A stretch of DNA of 64,000 bases from Octopus sinensis (GCF_006345805.1 NC_043004.1:97774001-97838000); one strand, 5' to 3'; numbered from the stretch's first letter, positions 24,920 through 36,959 are shown. Made by a program: numbers and translations. The notes: generated by a model not told the origin, from the sequence alone.

Positions 24920-25830
24920 TCATCATCATCATCATCATTTAACATCCGTTGACCTTCTTGGCATGGGTTGGACGGTTTGACCAAGCTTGCACGCTGGAAG
25001 GGTGCACCAGACTCCAGTCTTATTTGGTGGGGTTTTCTTGGACTTGATGGATCTTCTTCCCAAGCATGACATAAAGCCAAAGGTCTTGTTCTTTGCCTTC
25101 GTGTGACCCAACACTCGAAAGGAACTCAGTCACCTCACCTCCGTGAGGCCCATCACTCTAAAAGAAATCAGCTTCTTTGCCTCTGTAAGGCCCAACGCCC
25201 AAAAGTTTTTCTTTATGTGCCACCATCACGGGTACACTTGGTTTGATGATTCCTCTCAAGCACAGCACACCACCAAAGGTCTTGGTCACCAGTCATTGCC
25301 TTTGTAAGGCTCAAAGTTCGAGGACCATGCTTCGCCACCTCGTCCCATGTCTTCCTGGGTTGACCTCAACCACAGGTTTCCTCCACAGTTAGAGATTGGC
25401 ACTTCTTTACACAGCTGTCCTTGTCTATATGCATCACATGACAATACCAATGCAGTCGTCTCTCTTGCACACCACATCTGATCTTTCTTATGCTTAACTT
25501 TTCTCTCAAGATGCTTACACTCTGTCGAACATGCACACTGACATTGCACATCCAGCGAAGCATACTGGCTTCATTTCTCTCAAGCCAACACATGTCGTCG
25601 GCTGTCATAGCCCATGTTTCACTGCCATGCAGCATAGCTGCTTGCATACAAGCATCAAACAATCTGGCTTTCAGTCTGAGAGAGATGCCCTTTTTTGCAA
25701 GCGGTGGTAGGAGCTCTCTGAACTTTACCCAGTCTAAGCTTATTCTCACAGCTATGCCCTCGGAGCATCCACCTCTACTACTAACTTGGTCGCCTAGATA
25801 ACAGAAGCTATCTGCTACTTCTAGTTTGCC
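24920..25830 (-). mobile_element. 5'-truncated RTE LINE, variant subfamily
   Basis: ORF 25366-25749: LKARLF..C...AMLHGSETW...LERNEASMLRWMC...RRLHWY.HV; variant UTR as at 14064. Confidence 0.9.
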
Positions 25831-26004
25831 CCCCCCCCCCGGCAGTTGATGGAATCCATTTTCTGTGCATTTTCAGCGTTTATTGTACCTGTGCACCTTC
25901 CATATACAAAAGTTAGTTTACCTGCTAATCTTTCTCTGATGCTGCTGCACCTTTTATGTGTCCAAAGATTACACCAGGTCTATCTTTTGGATTTTCCAAA
26001 GCTT

Positions 26005-26160
26005 GGACTTCTTTCATTTTCTGTCTACCAAATCCACTCACAAGGTTTTGGTTGGCTTGGAGCTATAATAGAAGACAAGTGCCCAAGGTACTATGCAGTG
26101 GGACTGAACGCAGAATGCTATGTTTGGGATGTATTTTCCTTACAACACAACTATGCCTGT
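26005..26160 (-). mobile_element. SINE family A head, diverged
   Basis: Similarity to 165-320. Confidence 0.7.
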
Positions 26161-27714
26161 ACATGATAAGAAAAGAAATGACCTTTAGATATTTTGGAAC
26201 AATTAACACAGTGGATAAAAGACTATCTGACATTTAATTTTTAGGAATTTTGAAAAATTTCAAGAGATATTTTATTTTTAGATACAAAATTATTAGCTCT
26301 GAAATGGTGTTTATGATAGAAAAATTGTTATTTTTTTCATAATTTTTCTTCTTCCTGTAGTACAAAGAATATCCGGCAATTTTTTCATCTTCGCAAAAGA
26401 CTTAGCATGCTCTAATAATGTCCGAATTATTTTTATAGCTGCTGCATTAAATTTTTATCAGATGATCTACATAAATACATTTTCTGAAATCCTAATGGAT
26501 CTTCTCATAAAAATTCATAAATTTATTTACATATGTAAGTGAATATATAGCTATTGCGTTGCAAGAAACAACAGTCACATCACTTTGAAATCACATACTA
26601 CATTCTTAAAAGAGAAAGGAGTCACCTTGAGTGAAATTGCTTGTGGTGCCCAATACCCATGGAAATGATGAGATGGTCATAGTGGAATGTTTTTCATGAT
26701 GCCACCTGTTCAATCTGTGTCTGAAGAATCACATTAATAATAATATATATGTAACTAAATGTTTCTGTATTTGATTGCAAATATATAAAATCAAATATTT
26801 AAGTATATGCCTGTATCTGTCACAATGCATATATACATACATGAAAATATTAGGATATATACTATAATGGCCAAGCACACACACACACACACACACACAC
26901 ACAACAGTGAGATATATATGCAGAAACATACATATATTAATGATTTAAATGGTTATAAAAAGCACATATAATACTTTGTAACCAGGAATGCCTATGTTTG
27001 CATCTATGTATGTCTATATGTTTGTTTGTATGCATGTATGTATTTTTGCATACATGCATGTATGTATTTATGTATATACGTTTTTATTATGTTTGAATGT
27101 ATGTATATATACATGTGTGTATGTATTTATGTATGTATAAAGGAATTATGTAATGTCATGACATTACATAATTTCATCTTGTATATATATATATATATAT
27201 ATATATATTCACTATTTTCATTGAGTACTTTTTCTGCTTCATGTAAATATGAATATGGATGCTAATTGTGCTGATCTATCATCCTATCCCTACATATACA
27301 TATAAATATATTATATATTGTACTATTCTATATCATATTATATCATATTATGTAATTTCATAAAAAGCTTAATAATAAATGCTTGATATTATGTATCTAT
27401 TATAAAATTTTGCAACACGTGATATTATATATATAAAATTGTAAGTTCTAGATTAATCATTTTTATCAAAGATTTTTTTTTTGTATTTTCTGTACCTGTC
27501 CCTTGAATTTTCTGTGCAGCAATAAAGTCCCAAATTCATTTTTATTAGCATTTTCTAAAAACCTCAGCATCATGAAATAGATATGTTGTTTGTTTATTTT
27601 ATTGCGGTACCTCTTTTAGATGCAGACTTTACTAGAAGAATTTTAAAATTAGAGACCCCTATGTTTAATGACGTGTAACTTTAACAGTAAAATTCTGTTA
27701 AATTTGCTTCCAAA

Positions 27715-27840
27715 TCACATACTTCCAGGTTCAGTCCTGCTGCATGTTACCTTGGCCAAGTGTTTTCTACTATAGCTTCAAGCCAACCAAAGCCTTGTGA
27801 GTAGATTTGGTAGATGGAAACTGAAAGAGACCCATTCTGT
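27715..27840 (+). mobile_element. SINE family A head, diverged
   Basis: GGTTCAGTCC...CCTTGGCCAAGTG...GTAGATGGAAACTGAAAGA. Confidence 0.7.
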
Positions 27841-27879
<39 letters not shown>

Positions 27880-27891
27880 AATTATAAAATT

Positions 27892-27930
<39 letters not shown>

Positions 27931-28399
27931 CTATATGTTTAAAAGGGTTGAATGCGAATTCGTCCTTTTATTTGAGTAGTTTCCAAAAGATTTCTAACGT
28001 TGTTTCTTTATACTTTAATTTACTGGTGTAAATTAGCGTGATATATAAATTTATATAAGTATATTTAGTAGATGATTTAACTTATGAAACAAAGCTGAAC
28101 AAATTTAATCATATTTTTCATAAATAGAGGAGATTAGATGTTAAAAATTAGACATATTATTTATACAAAACATTTTTATTGTAAGGGTTTTAGTTTATTT
28201 ACTACAAACTATTTATAATTGCTATTAAACATATTTTTAAAACTAATATCTAAGCCATATTGATTATTGACAGTTAAATACACACACACACAAACACATA
28301 TATATATATATATATGTGTGTATACATGTGTATTATTATGCATCCATATTACAATATTACACTCAATGTGCTGTGTGCTAACAATCTACTGGAATATCA

Positions 28400-28680
28400 A
28401 GTGTGTACCACACAATCATATGTAGAATACTTTCTCTTTGTCCTTCTACCTCCGCTCATTTCAAAAATGTTACAACATGTGGACTATTGACAATATTTTG
28501 CCTCCTTCCTCCTTTCCTTTTGGACTTTCCTATGTTTCTTGTTTCCGAAGAAGAGCTAAGCTCAAAACATAAAACAACCACTCTTTTCTTTCTCTGAGTA
28601 TCTTATTAATACTTTAAATGTGCTACATTTTCCCGTTGTTGTTTTATTCTTGCTTTTTTTCTTGTTGTCTTTTTCTTAGT
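28400..28680 (+). mobile_element. PLE pseudo-LTR-like repeat with decayed hammerhead
   Basis: Homologous to 52380-52670; CCGAAGAAGAGCTAAGCTCAAAACAT sits at the ribozyme position. Confidence 0.6.
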
Positions 28681-29099
28681 ATTTTGAATTAACACTTATA
28701 GAATACTATACATTTATACAATCTACATACGAAAAGTAGATTTTAAGTAGATTGTATCATAAAGAGAACACACACATCCATATTATAATGTCATATACAT
28801 GATATATACATCTATAATTCCATATCTTATATATAGTACTACACATTATGACAATGATATTACACAGTCACACCAAAATATATTGAACACATGATACTAT
28901 TTATCCATATTGCAATATCATGCATATGATGCACTCATGCTATAATATTATACCATTCAGTCATACCACAATATTATATATATATTATCCATCCAAACTG
29001 TACTATCATTTCCATGCTACAATATGTCCAAACCTCAGAATTGCTCACATAGTAGTATACAATACACTGTGATATCATACACATGATACAATATACCTG

Positions 29100-29319
29100 T
29101 ACTCTTTACTCTTTTACTCTCTTTTACTTGTTTCGGCCATTTGACTGTGGCCATGCTGGAGCACCACCTTTAGTCGAGCAAATCGACCCAGGGCTTATTC
29201 TTTGTAAGCTTAGTACTTATACTATCGGTTTCTTTTGCCAAACCGCTAAGTTACGGGGACGTAAACACACCAGTATCCATTGCCAAGCGATGTTGGGGGG
29301 GACAAACACAGACACACAA

Positions 29320-29356
<37 letters not shown>

Positions 29357-29465
29357 CATATGTACGATGGTTTTCTTTCAATTTCTATCTGCCAAATCCA
29401 CTTACAAGGCTTTGGTCGGCCTGGGGCTATAGTAGAAGACACTTGCCCAAAGTTCCACACAGTGG
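29100..29465 (-). mobile_element. SINE family A
   Basis: Tail, body and part of head. Confidence 0.85.
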
Positions 29466-29809
29466 TAAAATTTCATACACATGATACTAAAAACTAGTGT
29501 CTCTAGACAGTTGCTCGCTATACTAGAAATTGTAACCAACTTCTCTGAAATTATCCTCGATCGTAATAAGTGAGGTATAGCATAGTGAATAACGTAGACC
29601 TATATAATAAGTCTATGTAATCAAGGTAGATCTGAGACTACTAATATAACTTCTGATATTATTCTCACTGTCACTTGTGAAAGCAATGATAATGACAACT
29701 GTAGCAACAACAATGACAATATCATACAATACACCTATATCATGATGTCATATACATGATACAACACATCTAAACTATTGATGCATACATATAGTTCTAT
29801 TACATTATA

Positions 29810-29905
29810 TACATTATTTACATTTGACAGATATTTGTCCTCATCTTGCTTATTGTTAACAACAAACAAGATGAGGACAAATATCCGTCAAATGTAAATA
29901 ATGTA
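29810..29905. repeat. Loopless 96-bp palindrome
   Basis: 48-bp arms centred on GTT|AAC (29857/29858), 3 mismatches. Confidence 0.9.
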
Positions 29906-30232
29906 CATAATTCCTCATCTTTTAAATATAGAACTGTATTCCCTTCTTATGTATTTTATATATCCTATCATACCTCTATACAATATTTTAGAGTGTAACA
30001 TTTTTCTCATCCACTCAATAGTGTAAAGACTGGGTGAAATATCTCTTTGTCGCGTCTGCCCCAAAAGGAATTCAATTTTGCATGAGCCACAACAGCTTCA
30101 ACTTCAAGTAAAATGAGGTTTGAAATATTCAGAAGGATGTTGTCATCAGTCTGGGAGCAGAGCAGCTAATAGTTGTTGGCACTCTCTTCCAAAATATGTG
30201 ACCAATCTGAGAATAGAGATTACAATTCTTAC

Positions 30233-30306
30233 TCTTTTCCAAAGTCTAAGAGCAGGGCCTGCAATTGTTCTAGGTACCACCTGTCTTCTAAAACGAAGTG
30301 ACCAGT
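30233..30306 (-). CDS. Candidate 74-nt exon
   Basis: tgcatgctctgtttacag acceptor, AGA|gtaaga donor; open in phase 0 (TGHFVLEDRWYLEQLQALLLDFGK) and in phase 1 (xWSLRFRRQVVPRTIAGPALRLWKR). Confidence 0.35.
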
Positions 30307-30408
30307 CTGTAAACAGAGCATGCAATGATCATGGATATTACTTTCCTTCATTCACAAGCAAACTGGTTCAGCCTGAAATCTGGGCACGCAGTTGTTGAAG
30401 TTACTTAC

Positions 30409-30414
30409 TTTCCT
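30409..30414 (-). CDS. Candidate 6-nt microexon AGGAAA
   Basis: GACTAAC branch point (30455-30461), cttctttgtttgtctacag acceptor, GTAAGT donor. Confidence 0.45.
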
Positions 30415-30505
30415 CTGTAGACAAACAAAGAAGTCTGAGCATAGAGTGTGGTCAGTTAGTCTATGGAGGAGACTGCTAAATTGGTGATTTTCATTTGATT
30501 ATTTT

Positions 30506-30817
30506 CACACCATCCGAATCGTGGCCGAAGCCAGTGCCACCTCGATTGGCTTCCGTGCAGGTGGCATGTAAAATGCACCAATCCGACCGTGGCCAATGCC
30601 AGCCTCACCTAGCTCCAGTGCAGGTGGCACGTAAAAAGCACCCACTACACTCACGGAGTGGTTGGCGTTAGGAAGGGCATCCTGCTGTAGAAACACTGCC
30701 AGATAAGACCGGAGCCTGGTGCAGCCTTCTGGCTTCCCAGATCCCCGATCGAACCATCCAACCCATGCTAGCATGGAGAACGGACGTTAAACGATGATGA
30801 TGGTGATGATGATGATG
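30506..30817 (+). mobile_element. RTE LINE 3' UTR fragment
   Basis: UTR repeats plus (GAT)n. Confidence 0.85.
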
Positions 30818-31712
30818 CCGTTTCTCAGCCTGAATACTTACTGGTCAATGTGACTGTAAAAATGAAACTTAAACCAAGTAGGAATTTAAAATTGTTTGAA
30901 TGACTGTGGCAAAGGAAACTTCATTAACGCATTCAAGAATTAGATGGTGGTATTGAACATGACTGTATATAAGGTGTACCACCTAAAGTGGCTGACATAG
31001 GGCCAAACAACAAGACAAAAATTAATCACCAGAACACTGTACAGACAGGGTGTTCAAAATCTTTCCAGCCTATAGATCTTTGTTTAAAAATCTAAAACCT
31101 CACAAATAAATATGACCAGACAACTCTTGTAACTCTTATATTCCACTAGGAATAATCACAGAGCTAGAGACCTAGTCATCACTCTTTCCCCGCTATTCCT
31201 CCCTCCCACCCACTTCTGCCTCTCTCTTTTTCTCTTCTCCCTCTCTCTCAAAGTTCACAGTGTGAATGAAGCACAAACATAGACTTTGATTCCTCAATTT
31301 CCAAAGACTGACACGCAAACAAAGAATCTGTGGAGACTGTTCTTATTTCTTTTAATGCTGATCACCAATTTATCTGAAGTAATTATCTTTTATGGAAGAC
31401 CATTCTTTGCCTATGAATAGTTTTCAGGAATCAATGGAATTCTTTGATGTGGCTAACGTTGGTGATAGAATTCTCTATAGTACAGTCAATCACTCCCGAA
31501 ATCTGCTTGTGAGATAGGTGTATCTGTGTATGTGTGTGTGTTTGTATGTGTGTATGTATGTGTATATGAATGTATGGAGGTGTGTGTGTGTATGTGTGTG
31601 AGTGTGTATATATATATTTACATATCTATGTGAATATGCGTGTATATATGTGTATATATGTATGTATACACACACATCTCTCTCTTTCATTCTCTTTCTC
31701 TCTAAGTATATA

Positions 31713-31763
<51 letters not shown>

Positions 31764-32923
31764 TATACGTGTGTCTCTCTATATGTATGTATATATTATT
31801 TGTGTATATTTATATATATATGTATATATACACACATATATACATATATGTACGAGTGTGTATATATAGGGAAATGAGAAAGATAAATGAATGATGCATA
31901 ATCATAATCTCTTTCTCACACACACACACACACATACACATACAATCACACATGCACACACAGATGAATATACATATGCATACACACACTTTAGACCAAT
32001 CTTGTCACTTTTTCAATAACATTTCAACTTCTCACCTTTTCTCTCTGTTGTGAAACTTCGGAAAAGTAACAGTTTCATAGTAGCAACAACAACAACAACA
32101 ACAACCACAACCACACAACAACAACAACAACAAGCCCACAGCCACTGCCACCTTCACGACCATGCACTAATACTCTCGCTATCTCCAATGGACAACGGCA
32201 GTGGCAACAACAGCAATAAAAACAACAATGTTGTGTTTGAAGACATTAAAGAACTTCGAACTTGCGATGCTAAAGTGTCATATCTCTTTGTAGGTGTGCG
32301 ACATTACTGATGAGAAATGGCAATCAGAATGATAGACTCTAAGCTTTCAAGTTAACTATTGCAATCAGAATCCATACTTCAGATACCACATATCTTCGGA
32401 TATATATTCATAGAAATATTCTTTCAACAATTATCATTCTTGTCAATGTTCTCTCTATGTCTAATTGCCAATGCTATTGAAGTCTTCATTTCGGAATAAT
32501 AATTTTGGTTGTGTTTTGATTAACATTCTCTGTCCTATGTCTGTGTGTTTGTATGCATCTGACGAAATGAATGTGTATATATGAACCTATATGTATGTTT
32601 ATGAATAAATGTGTTTGTGTTTGTGTTTCCATGCATATCTATTTATTATTGGCATTATCCAGGATTGAAGACTGAATCTATGCTGATATTTGTGTCATAT
32701 TCTATTCCATGACATGTTAAGGGAATTATATTTTACTGAAGTGGATCTTCATAGCGTGAAAATATATATATTAATGACAGAGGTAGGTTTAGTACCAAGA
32801 GGTAATATTTATACCTACTTAAATGTGGGCATTCTGTTAGAACAAACTATACAGCAGTAGATACCATGAGAGAAAATTCATATTGGCATTTGGTGCAAAA
32901 TGCACTCTTATTTATATTCCTAG

Positions 32924-32986
32924 CAGGGAGATAAATCACCAACAACTTCTACACCGAGATCACCTGATCACACCAGAACTGTAACT
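32924..32986 (+). CDS. Candidate internal exon, phase 0 to 0 (QGDKSPTTSTPRSPDHTRTVT)
   Basis: cttatttatattcctagCAG NAGNAG acceptor, GTAAGT donor, open S/T/P-rich frame. Confidence 0.4.
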
Positions 32987-34128
32987 GTAAGTGAGATGTA
33001 TATCATTTCGTGTTATGTGTATATACTTTCATATACTTTAGGCTTGATAACATCATACATGACTGATAAGTTGATGAGGCCAAAACCAAATCTACCATTA
33101 GATTCTGAGCACCTGCTGATCTTGTCACAGCTAGAGATGTATGACATAGAGGGATTAGTTTGTGTTGAATGCATGACATCTGTTCTCTTAAGTTTGTTTA
33201 AAGGAAGTAGATGCTCGTGGCATTTACCAGGCCATCTAAGAGTGTTGAGACTATGTGGTTAATATTGCTTTTTGATGACTTCAGGGTGTCCCTAAGATCT
33301 GGACACATAGGTAAAATGTATATTTTCAAAGAAGGCAATAAAATTTTCAACAACATTTTATTCACTTGGAATATTAACAAATAACATCTTCAGTATGATT
33401 TCCCCCATTTGTGATGCAACGGTCGATGTGCTTTGCATGGTTTACATGAATCTGATACAATAACTCTTCACTGCTGTCAATTTGAGCAGATTCACTCATT
33501 ATGTGTTTCATCAAGTGTGTTGCAACTGTGATTTTCATTGAGTAGAATTTCTCCTTTAGCATACCCCGGAAAAAGAAGTCAAATGGGCAAAGGTCTGGTG
33601 AACGAGGAAGCCACTCCACTTGACCACATATTCCAATCTAGTTAGGGAAATTGCCATTCAGCCAATCTTTTACCACTGTGGTGAAATGGGCAGGGGTGTC
33701 ATCTTGTTGGAACCACTCAAGGGGTCCTTTACCTAGCCTTTCAAGTTGGGGCATTAACTGGTCTCTCAACATGAGGTAAGTCTCTATGTTGATTGAAGAA
33801 AAATGGCCCCAAACCATGATATTTTGCACTCTTTGCTGTTGCGAATGGTTCACCCAATGAAGATTACTTTGTGACCAGTATCAAATGTTCTAAATGTTAA
33901 GCTTACCATTCACATAATACAAAGCTTCATTGCTAAACTATACACAGTCTTCAGTAAAATGGTTGTTTCCACCCAATTTATTGGAAAACCATTCACACAT
34001 CTTAAGTCATTTATCAGGGTCATCCTGTTAAGTGATGCAAGATTTGTAATTTGTATGGATAAAACTTTTGCTCTTTTAAGATAGGAGTGAAGGTTCTTTT
34101 GGGAACACACAACTCAATATGATACCCT

Positions 34129-34510
34129 CATCATCATCATCATTGTTTAACGCCCATTTTCCGCACTAGCACGGGTTGGACGGTTTGACCGGGGTCTGGG
34201 AATCCAGGGGCTGCACCAGGCTCCAGTCTGCTCTGGCAGTGTTTCTACAGCTGGATGCCCTTCCTAACGCCAACCATTCCGCGAGTGTAGTGGGTGCTTT
34301 TTACGTGCCACCTGCACAGGTGCCAGGGGGGTCAGGCATCGGCCACGATCGGTTGGTGCTTTTTATGTGCCACAGGCACAGAAGCCAGTCAAGGCGGCGC
34401 TGGCAACGGCCACATTTGGATGGTGCTTTTTATGTGCCACCGGCACAGAAGCCAGTCAAGGCGGCGCTGGCAAAGGCCACTTTCGGATGGTGCTTTTTAT
34501 GTGCCACTGG
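34129..34510 (-). mobile_element. RTE LINE 3' UTR fragment nested in the rosa element
   Basis: (CAT)n tail plus UTR. Confidence 0.85.
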
Positions 34511-34799
34511 CTGTGAAGTAATTTTTTGGGGCTAGCATAAATTTTAGCCATGACAATTTCTTTCATGTCATCCAGTACATTTGGCCATCAGGAAAGGGGT
34601 TCGTCCATGACATTACCTGTTTCTTTATAGTTTTTGACCACCTTTGCCACTGTAGAAAAACCAAGCAGAGTCCTCACTGGATGATGTACATTAAAACATC
34701 TGCAGTCTTTCGACATGACCATCTTTCATATCCACTGAGATGTACCAGTCCAAATTACTTTTTTCTTTTGACAAAGCCAAAATTTAATCTGGGGAGATA

Positions 34800-35150
34800 T
34801 ACTCTTTTACTCATTTACTTGTTTCAGTTATTTGACTGTGGCCATGCTGGAGCGCCGCATTTAGTCAAACAAATCAACCCCAGGACTTATTCTTTGTAAG
34901 CCTAGTACTTATTCTACTGGTCTCTTTTGCCGAACCATTAAGTTACGGGCACATAAACACACCAGCATCAGTTGTCAAGTGATGTTGGGGGGATAAAAAA
35001 AACATACATATACACACACATACATACATATATACGACGGGCTTCATTCAGTTTCTGCCTACCAAATCCACTCACAAGGTGCCATGCAGTGGGACTGAAC
35101 CCGGAACCATGTGATTGGTAAGCAAGCTACTTACCACACAGCCACTCCTA
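34800..35150 (-). mobile_element. SINE family A nested in the rosa element
   Basis: Family A with an internal deletion. Confidence 0.85.
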
Positions 35151-35351
35151 CGTCTAATATAGGTAAAATATAATATATTAAATATAAACATATAAACTAT
35201 ATAGGTTAAAAGATATGCTTAATGAGATTTCCTGTGTGTCCAGACTTTAGGGACACCCCGTAATTACAAGCTGACAACTTTAAGTCAATATATATGAGCA
35301 GTGACTGAATTCAATTAAGTTGACATTATGGAGAAAAAAAAACAGGGAATG

Positions 35352-35386
<35 letters not shown>

Positions 35387-36125
35387 ACACACACACACAC
35401 ACACTAAGGCTGAGAGGGAAGAATCCCTGAGTAGAGGTGGTAAGAGACCAACCAGCTCTGAAGGACAAACTATGCTGTAGTTGCTGATGAGTTAATGGGA
35501 TTTATTGCTGAAATATTGTCATTGTGTCTGTGGGTAAGGGACACATTTCAGACAGAGTAAATGTCCTGTCATCTCTGCATCACCTCCACAACCAGGTAAC
35601 ACACGCATGTGTACCCTAAGCTCTCTTCTGTGAGCAGGGGATATTTTGTAAATTGGACAAGTTTCCCTATAAGTTTTCAATACTAAATTCAATTCTACAT
35701 ACTGTTGTTGAAAAATAAACTGTTTTTCTTTACAGAGCAATGACGTTCGCTTAATTTTTTTTTAATACTGTAAAAACTAGAGTTAAGCATTCTATCTCTA
35801 GTTGACTACTGAGGTTCAGAAAAAGAATAGACACAGAAAAACTTGAATTGAAAAGGGGTTAGATATATTTTTACTTGTTTTGTATGATACAAATAAGACG
35901 ATAATATTTTTTTAGAACACAGAGTTGCCGTTAGAATAGTAGAGATGTGATTTGACTTGACTTTGCATTCCAAAAAATATTATCTTCTTATTTGCATCAT
36001 ACAATACACATTTTAACGCTTCTAATAAAAAAAAATATATATATTTGATTTGTTTACATTTATACACACATTTGGTTTGTTTGTTTGTTTGTTTTCTTTC
36101 ATATACTACAAACAATTTGAAAAAA

Positions 36126-36470
36126 TGGAAGAGAGAGAAAGAAAAATGACAACAAAGAAAAAGAAAGTGGGGATGAAGTAGTAAAAGAAATAGTAGAAGA
36201 TGAAGAAGAAAAAGAAGGAAAAGAAGGAGAAGAAGATGAAGGAGAAGAAAAAGGAGGAGGAGGAGGAAGAGGGGAAGAAGAAAGAGATAAAGAAGGTGGA
36301 GGAGGAGGAAGAGGTGAAGAAGAAGAAGAAGAAGAGGGAGAAGGAGGAGGAGGGGAAGAAGAAAGAGATAAAGGAGGAGGAGGAAGTGAAGAAGAAGAAG
36401 GAGGAGGAGGAGGAGAGGAAGAAGAAGAAGAAGAAGAAGAAGAAGAAGAAGAAGAAGAAGAAGAAGAAAC
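36126..36470. repeat. Polypurine (GAA/GGA)n tract
   Basis: About 340 nt, nearly all purine, ending in pure (GAA)n. Confidence 0.95.
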
Positions 36471-36653
36471 TGATGATGATGATGACAATGATAGTGGTAG
36501 TGTCAGCGATGATGACAGCGGCAACGAGGATGATAATGATGATATTAACAGCAACAAAAAGTAATAGCAGAATTAGCTGCAATAAAAATTGTGAGGTGAG
36601 AGAAAATGATTGAGAGATAGGTTACCCTTTAAACAAGATGGATTCCTCTTTAA

Positions 36654-36881
36654 CCCTTTGGTTACCATATTTCTGTTGCCATATTTCTGCTGAGATGCTC
36701 TGTGTTTCTTGCAATTAATTTTGAATATAACAAAGAATTTAGTAAAATAACTTAGTTATCATTAAGCTAGTGACTAATTGTGACTAAGGTTTGGTGGAAG
36801 ATTTTAATTCAGAACTTTTGAAAACAAAACATTTGTACTACAGAGCCAGAGGTGGTTTCAGCCAGGTTGGTATCAAAAGGG
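36654..36881. mobile_element. piggyBac-type MITE, 228 bp
   Basis: TTAA|CCCTTTGGTTACCA ... TGGTATCAAAAGGG|TTAA. Confidence 0.85.
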
Positions 36882-36959
36882 TTAAACTAGAAACGTTCCA
36901 AACAGCTGTCAGCAACAGTGATGTTAAAAATATATTGAAAGTAATAATTATTTATTTAT

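Larger units (their letters stand above)
33282..35260 (-). mobile_element. Decayed Tc1/mariner of rosa (DD41D-like) type with two nested retroposons
   Basis: TIRs CAGGGTGTCCCTAAGATCTGGACACATAGG / CCTGTGTGTCCAGACTTTAGGGACACCCCG-TA. Remnants KETGNVMDEP, FYPYKLQILH, FQQDDTPAH...W LPRSPDLCPFDFF. Confidence 0.88.

Noticed and set aside
26460-26533. Exon-like segment ending at a GTAAGT donor
   Set aside because: Very AT-rich, low-complexity peptide with several alternative acceptors; no support beyond the donor.
32050-32310. Poly-T/poly-Q ORF
   Set aside because: (ACA)n microsatellite; no splice or domain support.
35483-35597. Two plus-strand exon-like segments (xADELMGFIAEILSLCLW; xRVNVLSSLHHLHNQ)
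   Set aside because: Modest acceptors, and phase 1 starts incompatible with the phase 0 end at 32986.
36099-36613. Long poly-S, poly-F and poly-K/E ORFs
   Set aside because: Frames of the GAA/GGA tract.
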